Below, piece after piece: positions 12,997-22,587 of a DNA stretch of 64,000 bases (position 1 is its first letter; each line of letters begins with the position of its first letter). A program made the position numbers and the translations under genes. The stretch lies in assembly GCA_043228905.1 (NCBI GenBank), contig JBHGNT010000002.1, forward strand, positions 13,454,001-13,518,000. The letters are read 5' to 3'. Below the pieces are notes generated by a model that saw only the letters and a program-made list of their open reading frames with translations, did not search any database and had not been told where the DNA came from. Source of the stretch: Azolla caroliniana (lineage: Eukaryota; Plantae; Polypodiophyta).

Positions 12997-13716
12997 TTCC
13001 TTACCGGTCTAGACTCTCTGTGGCGTGTCTTCATCCAAGGGCACTGAGGGTGATCTGTTTATGACATACATCGTTGTCGATAGCGGCTCAGCTCAAAACA
13101 TCTTGGGTAACTTTGCATGCGCCAGCATACTCCGGACCCTCTCCATTATGGTCTGGTTCATCCTCTCGGCCAGCCCGTTTAGTTCCGGCATCTTCGGCAC
13201 CGTAAATTTGAGCCGTATTCCCTTCGAGCGACAGTACTCCTTGAACTGCCCCCGGTATTCACCTCCGTTATCTGCTCGAACCGCCTTCAGCTTCCAGCCG
13301 GTTTCACTTTCCACTCTCGCGTGGAGCTCTTTGAAGACGGATAACACCTGATCCTTCGTCTTCAACGGTGTGGCCCACAGCTTCCGGTTGTGGTCATCTA
13401 TGAACGTCACGAAGTACTGCAACCCGGCATGTGACTTCGTGTACACTTGACATACATCAGTATGCACCAACTCCAGTGGTGCATTACGTCTCATCGGTGG
13501 CCTTGGTCGGAAGGAGGTTCAGTTTTGCTTACCGGCCAGACAATCAGTGCTCTTCTCCAAGTGCACGTTCTTCACTGGAATGAGGTTGTCGTCTGCAAGC
13601 CTCTTCATCCCCTTCTCGCTCATGTGACACAGCCTTTTGTGCCACAGCTCAACGGCAATGTCGAATGCCACGTTCACTTCCTCCGGACATAACCGAGCAT
13701 TCATCAGGTACAACGT

Positions 13717-14498
13717 TGTCGTGCCTTTCGGCTCCGGATCGTTGCGTGAGTCGGGTGGGAACCACAGAGGTCTTGGACTAGGAGAAAGAAGTTCGTGAGA
13801 TAGAGATTAATTATGAGTAAATAGCAAAGAGAAAGATAAGAAACTCGTGAATCACACGAGTATACTATATTAATTGGTACTTAGGGTGTTAAGAGAGAAG
13901 TAGATGTATAAATCGTGAATCCCACGAATAATTTTTGTATTGAAAATATATTTGATCCAAACAATCAACAACAACTACAATGTGCTCCCCGTCCTTATAT
14001 AGTGATGGGAGAGACTAAGCATAGCTACATGCTTTTTCTAATATGATCATGCACACTAAATGTGCATGTGATGCTTTTTTTTATTTCCTAAGTATAGGGC
14101 TCATGCACGCTAGATGTGCATGAGTTATTTTTAGTGTCTCGTGTTTTTCTTTTTCATATATTAAAAAAAATACACGATTTACCTTTTAATAAAGGTATGC
14201 ATAAATAAAGGTCTTATACGTATTAAATCTATTTTTAAAACACTTAAGATAAGTTAATGTAATGGTAAGGTTGGGGTCTGTCAACGTGGAGGTGCAGAGT
14301 TCGAATCACCCCCTGTTCAGTAGTGAGTATTTTCCTTTTATTTTACATTTATGTCTCTTTATCCGGCTCTTCCTTGCCGGTATGCCGTTTTCTTCCTTGC
14401 CGGTATGCCGTTTTCTTCCGGTTCTCACCGAGCACTCCATTCTCTATCCGGAGAGACAAAAATATAATTTCCACATAGTTGCAACCTACACTACGACA
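13717..14498 (-). mobile_element. Solo LTR (TGTCGT...ACGACA) with 4-bp TSD ACGT
   Basis: Inverted termini; ACGT at 13713-13716 and 14499-14502. Removing it restores the host copia frame (VNTLYL). Minus-strand TATA at ~13995-14001. Confidence 0.88.
14255..14310 (+). promoter_or_regulatory. tRNA-like A-box/B-box module inside solo LTR
   Basis: TAATGTAATGG at 14255-14265 and AGTTCGAATC at 14298-14307. Confidence 0.5.
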
Positions 14499-14502
14499 AC
14501 GT

Positions 14503-15735
14503 GTTTACCTTCCGGGCCCGAGCCACAATTAGGCTCCCTTTGTTGAACTTCATAACACTGTTCCGGATGCTACCCGTGTAGCCTTCATCATCTAGCCGAT
14601 CGGCTGATATCAGGTTCAGACGAACCTCCGGAACATGTCGGACATCCCTCAGCAGCAACTTGCATCCGGTTGGCGTTGTCAACCACACGTCTCCTATGCC
14701 GACAATTCGGCATGTACCTTCATTCCCCATCCGGACACAGCTGTGATCACCGGCTGCGTAGGATGAGAAGCATTTCCGGTCCGGGGTAAGGTGGAACGAC
14801 GCTCCGGAGTCAACCACCCAGGTCATCTCATTGCCATCAAGATTTATCTCACTCTCCTCGGTGATGAGCATCAACTCTTCTTCACTTGCTGCAATTGTCG
14901 TTGTTCCCTTCCGGTCCGTTCCCCTCCGGTCCTTACCGTTCCGGTCCGATGTCTGCTTCGAATCAGTACCATCGGTTTCCTTGTCTTTTCGAAAATGCCG
15001 ACAGTTCTTCTGGAAGTGTCCCGGCTTGCCGCAATAGAAGCAAGTAGGCCTCCCCCTTGACTTTGACCGTGTCCCCGACTTTTCCCGGTTCTGGGGACTC
15101 CGGTTCCTTTGTCTTCTGCGTTCCGATTCGGTAAGGAGCGCTTTGGAGTCAGAGCTCGTATCCTTATCTTTCCGACGCGCCTCCTCATCTAGCAAGCTCG
15201 ACTTCACTCTTGCTAGGGATAACCGTTTTCCCTCCGGCCCGGCGTTGCCCAAGGTGACAACCAACGTCTCCCAATTATCTGGGATGGAACCGAGCAGGAG
15301 TAGTGCTAGTACCTCATCGGCAAGAGGTACTTCCAATGATGTTGCCTGGTGGATCAGCCCCTGGAAGGCATTCATGTGCTCCGCCATGTTGGAGCCATCT
15401 TGGTACCGAAGTCTTACTAGCTTCCGAAATACCAAAACCTGATTGACAGCATTTTTGTTCTGAAACATTATGTCGATCTTCTCCCAGAGCTCATGAGCCT
15501 TGCTCTCTTCATTGAAGTTGTTGTATAGACTCATCTCGATGAAGCACCGTATGTAAGCCGTTGTCTTCATGTGCATCACCTCCCATATCGTGGCGTCGAT
15601 TTTGTCCGGTCTCTTGTCCCCGAACTGAACCGGCAACCAAAGGTCTTTAACCACGAGCATGTCCCTCATCTTTGACTTCCACACTGAATAGTTGGAGACG
15701 GTGAGCTTGAACATGCCGCCCAACGATTCGTCCAT
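14503..15735 (-). CDS. Copia Gag-protease polyprotein N-terminal part
   Basis: Open ~410 aa from ATG just after the PBS; CCHC knuckle and DSGAS protease site; cut by the solo-LTR insertion. Confidence 0.85.
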
Positions 15736-16894
15736 TTTCTGTGTCGTTTCTCTGTGATACCACTTTGTTAAGAACTACACGCTCCGATGAACACCGCTCG
15801 GCCACAACCGAGCTTAGAATCAAACACAGAAAACGGGGAAGAAAAAAACACGACACAAAGGAGAGAAGAGTACACAGGATGTTTAACGTGGAAAACCCTG
15901 AGCGGGAAAAACCACGGGAGTCCACAGACTCCAAACTATCGCTATATCACAATGATTACAACAATGAGCTCACGGAGGCAACGACCTCGCGCTCTCGATC
16001 TTCGCCACAGGCGGCGGTTACAACAGAGGCAACGACCTCTTCCTCTCTCTCTCTCTCTCTCTCTGTACACTGTTACGCGCTCTCTAGACTTGCGCCAACA
16101 AGAATGACAACATCTCACGAAAGAGTTTGCCCTAAGTCATATTTATACTAATATGACTTTACGACTATTTACAAATATAGCCACGATGGACTCTCAGAAA
16201 CATATTTACGAATATGTCTCTTCATCCAATGAGCACTCCTCACCGGGCCTGCATCATCCGGCGATTGTCGGGTACTCGTCATCCGGTTCTCACCGGATCT
16301 GCACCATCCGGTTCTCTGATTGCCGAGTACTCATCATCCGGTTCTCACCGGGTCTGCACCATCCGGCTATCCATAGCCGGGTACTCCTCATCTGGTTCTC
16401 ACCGGGTCTGCACCATCCGGCTCTCCGTAGCCGAGTACTCTTCATCCGGTCTCACCGGGTCTGCACCATCCGGCTCTCCGTAGCCGGGTACTCCTCATCC
16501 GGTTCTCACCGGGTCTGCACCATCCGGCTCTCCGTAGCCGGGTACTCTTCATCTGGTTCTCACCGGGTCTTCACCATCCGGAGGGACCTGTTTCCTAACA
16601 CTTCTCGCATGGGCGAGTAGTCTTGATGTGTCGTCGTAGTATCCATACCCGATCACCAATGTTAAAATTGGATGGAAGTCGATGACGATCCACGTAAACC
16701 TTGTGTGTTTGTTGAGCTGGTTGTAGATGAGTAGATAAATCTGCTTGTATCTTGCGTAATCGCTCCAAACAATCCTCTACGCAAGGATTTGTGGGAAACT
16801 CTAGGTTTCAAATACACACCACCGGGGGTGACAACCTGCATAAGCATAAAATGGCGTAACTTTAGTCGATGAGTGGACAGAGTTATTATAGGAA

Positions 16895-19800
16895 AATCAG
16901 GAAGGCCATGAAGCCGACATACTTCACACATGACAATTTCGGCGGTTTCTTCACTGGAGATTTCCTTAGTACATGGCAAGAAATGAGCCATCTTCATATA
17001 TCGATCTACTACTGTTAAAATTGCATTGAATCCCTTAGAGACTGGAAGATCTGTGATGAAATCTAGAGCAATGGATTGCCATGGCTTGCTTGGAATTGGT
17101 AATGGTTCTAATAAACCATATGGATGATGCCTGGCATTTTTGCTCTGCAACATGTATCAGAAGTCTGAACAAAATCTTTGACAAATTGTCGGATACAGGG
17201 CCACCAGAATGACCGTTGTACTAAATCTAACGTCTTAGTACTACCAAAATGCCCAGCTGTATATGTTTCATGACAGTTTTGGACTACTCGAAGGCGGTAA
17301 GAACCACTAGGAACATACAAGAGTTTCTTAAAGAATAGTAATCCATCATGATTAGTCTGTACCTGGTTGTTGCGACTGTGAACAAGATGCTTGAAAGGGA
17401 TCAATTTGTGCTAGAATGGCTTCGGCGAAAGCATCTATCTTCAAGTCCTCACGTATGATATCGATAACGTGGGAATCCAAGGGCATGTTGAAGACCTATG
17501 TTGCTTGTAGGCATGCCAGTCCCAAGATTACTTGCTTTTGGTTATTGAAAGTTGGCTCGCCGGGACGCGGTGCTAGATACGAACGTCGTGATAATGCATC
17601 TGCCTTCCCTTAGTGCTTCCCTGGACGATATGTATATTTTGAAGTCGAAACGCGTGAGGAATTGGGCCCACCGAGCTTGACGTCGATTTAACACACGAGC
17701 ACTCTAAAAGTAGGCAAGGTTTTTGTGATCACTGAATACGGTGACTTGATGAGAGGATCCCTCTAGAAAATGCCTCCATTGCGTAAAAGAGTCCATTATT
17801 GCTAATAGCTCCTTATCATGAATTTCATAGTTGATTTCGGCGGCGTCAAACTTGCGTGAGTGGAAAGCCACAGGATGTAGCTTTTCATCATTACCTTGTT
17901 GTGACAAAATGCTACCCAATGCGAAATCGGACGCATCCACTTCCATGATGAATGGTTTTTCTAGATCAACGTGAGCTAGAATAGGAGCCGATGTAAATGC
18001 CTTCTTAAGATTCTCAAAAGCCATGTATGCTTCTTCAGACCAAACGAACGATTTTCCCTTCTTAGTAAGTTGTGTGTGAGGCAAAACAAGCTTTGAGTAA
18101 TCCTGTATAAACTTGTAGTAGAAATTGGCAAAGCCTAAAAAGCATTGCACATCTCGCAATGAACGTGGAGTTTGCCACTCTACCACCATTTTCACCTTAG
18201 TTGTATCCATGGCGATGCATTCCGAATAGATGACATAGCCCAGAAATTCCACCTGGTTGCACCCAAAACACATTTTTCGAGCTTTGCATAAAGACCATGT
18301 TCTCGAAGTCGTTTTAGTACTAACAATACATGAGAATCATGCTCTTCTTGGGTCTTCGAATAAACCAGTAGATCATCCAAATAGATGATCAAACAAACAT
18401 CCAAGAGATCTCGGAATATATCATTTGCCTTGTGCTGGAAGACTATTGGCACATTAGTGAGGCCGAACGGCATGACCATATACTCGAAGTGCCCATATCT
18501 GGTGCGAAACGCGGTCTTCCATTCATCTCCTGGTCGGATCCGTACGAGGTTATATGCTCCCTGTAAGTAGATCTTCGTGAAGAACCTTGCGCCATTGATC
18601 CATTCTAAAAGACTTAAGATAAGGGGAAGTGCATACCTATTTCTGATGGTGACCTTATTCAAGCCACAGTGATCTACAACGAGACGAAGTGATCCATCCT
18701 TTTTCTTGACGAAGAAAATGGGTGCGCCGGCTAGAGATTTCAAATGCCGAATGAAACCATTTTCCAAATTCTCCTCTATATAGGTTCGAAGGACTTCGAG
18801 CTCGGTTGGTGACAATTTGTAGATTGGTCCCCATGGTGGCTCTTTTCCTAGTTGTAAATCGATGGGGCAATCATACAGTTGATGGTGAGGAAGCGTATTG
18901 GCTTGTACTTTATCGAACACATCGGCATAATGATGATACTTCTTTGGAAGTTGAACGGTGGACTCCTCTTTAGTGGTGTCGGAGGGTTTTACTGATATTG
19001 CGAAGAGAAACATTTCTTCCTTGCGTCCTTCTTCCCACAACTGATGTAGCAAAATGGTTGCAATCTTATGAGTAGATCCTCGGGCTTGTCGATACCAGAT
19101 TTCTCTTGTTCTCCAATCTATGTCTGGGTTATGTAATTCGAACCATGGTAATCCTAAAACAATGGGATGTTCTGGGATACTAACTAGTTATATTAAATGA
19201 TACTACACATACTAGATTATCTAGGACAATATTGACGGGCTTTAACTCTTCTATGATATTTCCGAAAGCAATGGGAAGACCATCAATAACTACTACAGAG
19301 GCTGGACACAGGAGTTTTCTAAGAGATATCTGATGAGCTTGGGCAAATTTCCTATCCATGAAGCAAGAATTAGCTCCGGAATCTAGAAGTGCTAAGACAT
19401 GTACTGGAGGGATACTTTTAGTACTAACTATTACTTGGGCTACAAACACATTGCTAACTTGCTTTGAGGGAATGGAACCATTAATGCGCTACATAGATCT
19501 AGGGTTGTCCAACCAAACGGCTCCTATTTTGGTTGGACTTAGTCGTTTAACTCTTCTTCTAACTGACTAAGGCCATCAAATTTGTTCGCTAGATTTGGGC
19601 TATTAGTACTATTAGGACTATCAGATATTCCTACTGAAATAGACTCGGGTTTAGTACAATTAGAACTAGTCACTATTTGGTTTACCTGTCTTCTTGGCCT
19701 ATGGGGACAATTTACTGCAATATACCTTGGTCCACCGGAATAAAGACATAGTCGATTTGCTCGACGTCGCTGCTTTTCTTCTTCTGATAATGGTCTGCGA

Positions 19801-21239
19801 CGACGTGTAGTGTCAATCTCCATCGGAGTTGGACTATTCACTGGAGACGCATTATATGACTCCCTCAGAAAAGGTTTCGCTACCACTAAGGCGTAGGTGG
19901 GCTCTGACCTTGCCGTTCCGAACATCGTTCGAAAAGGTGGTTGTCGCATCTCACCGCGCGACTAATTGCTTTTGTTAATGACTTTGGTTCTTCGGGGAAG
20001 GTCAAGAGTAAATCCTTGACATCGTTGCATAAACCATAACGAATATTTCTCCATCAATGTTTGATCATCCGAAGGAATATCGGTGGCGAGTAGGCGAAAA
20101 TCTGCATCGTATGTGGAGGCTGGACGATCACCTTGGCGTAATCGTCAGATTTTGTTGATTGTTGTCCTTATGTAATCAGTATCTCCAAAACAGGCTTTAA
20201 ACTCACTTATAAATTCTTCAAAAAAAAATAGTAATGGAGATTCCTTTTCTAACAACGGAGTGAACCATGCCAATGTTGAGCCACTAAGTAGAGTGCCTAC
20301 TAGTCCCACTCATGATGCATCGGTGGGATATCGAGAAGGATGCATTTGAATCACTAAACGTACCTGATTCAGAAAACCTCTAAAGTATGATTGGGTCCCA
20401 TCAAATTTTGCAAGAACTCCGATCTTGGGTTCTTTGTGAATCCCTTGAGTGCTTGATCCTTGTTGTTGTATTGATACAATAGTCGCTTCAAGTTGTTGTA
20501 CACGTAACTTCAGCTCCCCGTGTTGTTGTTTTTCCAACGCTATTTGTTGAAGATCCCCCAACAAACGGTGATTTTCTTGTTCTAGTGCTACAAATTTCTC
20601 TTTTAAGCACTGGAGCTCTGAGAAAATAGATTGGTATTCCTGAGCACTAATAGTTTCCATTTTACTAGGGAGGATAAGAGGATTAGTATGAAGGGAAAAA
20701 AGGGGTAAGAAGATTAGGGAAACCAAAAAGAAGACCGGAAAAGGGGGATATCTAAGAAGATAAAAGGAAGAGGAGGAAAGGAGGAGACGAAAGGAGAGAA
20801 AATCGGTTCAAACTGTCAGGAATAGTACTAAGACAAAGAAGAAATTAGTACTAAAAGAGGAATATTAGTACTAAGAGGAATAGAGGTTGTAGAACACTCG
20901 AGAGAAGGAGAGAGAGAGTGAGTGAGTGATCGAGGGAGAGAAAATGATGATGATAGCGATATATTATGTGAGAAGAATATACAAGGAAGGCTAGGAGGCT
21001 TAAGACTAGCGTTGAAATGATTTGGTTCGAAATAATGCTTGTGCCTCCTTTTATAGTGTTCTCAGGATTAATCCTGAAGCTTCTAGAATGTTCTAGAGAA
21101 ATCTCGAATATACATTAATTTTCTATAGTTAAACTTAAATAAAAATAATATCCTACATATTACAATAAATAGTGTAATGGTCAAGAGCTCGACCCATGTA
21201 ACATAAGGTCATGGGTTCGAGGCTTGCCATATCATGACA
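16895..21239 (-). mobile_element. Ty3/gypsy chromovirus (Tcn1/Tf1-like), 5' LTR 20814-21239 plus gag-PR-RT-RH-INT, 3' truncated
   Basis: LTR TGTCA...TGACA. gag 20310-20726 and 19539-19949 (PTPMEID, degenerate knuckle); PR LLDSGANSCF; RT GAPIFFVKKKDGSLRL and YLDD; RH NYEIHDKELLAI; INT PWQSIALDFITDLP. Domain order RT-RH-INT. Confidence 0.92.
21170..21228 (+). promoter_or_regulatory. tRNA-like Pol III A-box/B-box module inside LTR
   Basis: A-box TAGTGTAATGG at 21170-21180; B-box GGTTCGAGGC at 21214-21223; tRNA-like spacing. Confidence 0.6.
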
Positions 21240-21324
21240 GTGCATAGCTAAATAGTTGTTTCACCTTTATGTCCATTAGTAGCTAATTAGCTAATAGCTT
21301 TGTTGAGCTTGCTTCTCAACACTA

Positions 21325-21860
21325 CCCTCACTGGGAATTGGAACACAAATTGGAGTGGGCGACCATGTGCCGCCCTCACCGGGAACTCGAACATGAATGG
21401 GAGTGAGCGACCATGCGGCCTTCACCGGGCCGGGAACTCGAACACGAACGGGAGTGGGCGACCATGTGCGGCCCTCATCGGGAACTGGAAAATGAGTGGG
21501 CGTGAGAGACCGTGCAGTTCTCACCAAGAATTGGAACACGAACAAGCGAAGGAGTGCAAGTGAAGCAGTCAACTCGACTTTGTCTATTATGAGAGGGTAA
21601 ATAGTCAAGGTTGACCAAAAACACTGCACAAATGGTAGCACTAGCAAGAAACTAATCTTCACCAGGAAAGTGAGTGGTTGTGACTCCCACCGAAACAAAA
21701 AGGTGAGCGATCAAAATTGGTCCTTACCAAAGGAAAGTGGTGCGACACTTGAACTATAATGAAAATGGAGTGCAAGCGAGCAATGAACCAATCCCCACCA
21801 GGAAAGTGACCGGTTGTGACCCTCATCGGAACTGGGAAGGTGAGCGATTGAAAGAAATCC
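21325..21860. repeat. Degenerate tandem repeats (~49-bp units, then ~70-bp units)
   Basis: About 5 copies of CCCTCACCGGGAACTCGAACA..GGGAGTG.GCGACCATG at 21325-21560; about 3 copies of ACCAGGAAAGTG..GTGAGCGAT-type units at 21660-21860. Confidence 0.7.
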
Positions 21861-22074
21861 TCACCAAAATCATGATGCAAAATGATACTTATAAATTATA
21901 ACAAGTAGTGTTGATGACGACGAAGGTTGGGCGAAGCGGTGCTGAAAATGATGATGTCGAAGACAAGGATGTTGATGATTGTAACTCTGGAAGCAAGGAC
22001 GATGATGATGGTAACTCTAGAAGCAAGGGTGATGACGAAGACGGGTGATGCTTCCAGTTGGAAGGCATTCAAAT

Positions 22075-22584
22075 TGTCACGGACACACCAAGCGCGAACT
22101 AGGACGAAGAGCAGATGATGGGGCTACGAGCGACAGATGAAATTGGAGCTAGATGTGATGAGCCTAGTAACTCTAGATGTTGTGAGCGACATGAGGGCAT
22201 GAAGACAGAAATGAAGATGAAGGAGACAAGATGGGGCAAAACGAGAATACTAGATTGATGTGTTAATGACTGGTGTTGAATCCCTTGAAAGGGACCAAGG
22301 AGGTTACAAGTATTTATACAAGTTCTGAGATGGAATATCTCTAGAATTTACCCGACAAATAGATCTCTAGAATATACCTGTTTAGAATAGACCATAGAAA
22401 ATTTCTAGAATATACTAAAGACTACAGTAATCTGGAATGTACTATATGGTAGAATTATATAGTACTTAACTATTATATATAAATACAAACTCACATCCAA
22501 ATGGTTAGACATGATGTCTTGTTGAAGTGAGGTTGTAGGTTCAATCCTCACCAACTAAGTATTTTATGTTACTATGTCGTGACA
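22075..22584 (-). mobile_element. Gypsy-type LTR (TGTCACG...CGTGACA) with adjacent non-tRNA PBS
   Basis: 7-bp inverted termini; minus-strand TATAAAT at 22312-22318; PBS-like segment 22062-22072 complementary to 22276-22286. Confidence 0.8.
22494..22552 (+). promoter_or_regulatory. tRNA-like A-box/B-box module inside LTR
   Basis: CATCCAAATGGTTAG from 22494 and GGTTCAATCC at 22538-22547. Confidence 0.5.
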
Positions 22585-22587
22585 ATA

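Larger units (their letters stand above)
10113..16600 (-). mobile_element. Full-length Ty1/copia element with both LTRs and 5-bp TSD CTTCT
   Basis: LTRs 10113-10888 and 15766-16600 (TG...CA). TSD CTTCT at 10108-10112 and 16601-16605. PBS TGGTATCA (iMet) at 15755-15762; PPT 10889-10900. gag-PR ORF 14491-15735 (CFYCGKPGHFQKNC, WVVDSGAS), INT 13093-13713, INT-RT 11596-12996, RH to ~10900. Interrupted by a solo LTR. Confidence 0.97.

Noticed and set aside
11731-13047. Long + strand ORFs
   Set aside because: Antisense shadows of GC-rich copia pol.
21160-21235. Functional tRNA genes at 14255, 21170 and 22494
   Set aside because: Acceptor and anticodon stems do not pair; only the boxes and spacing are tRNA-like.
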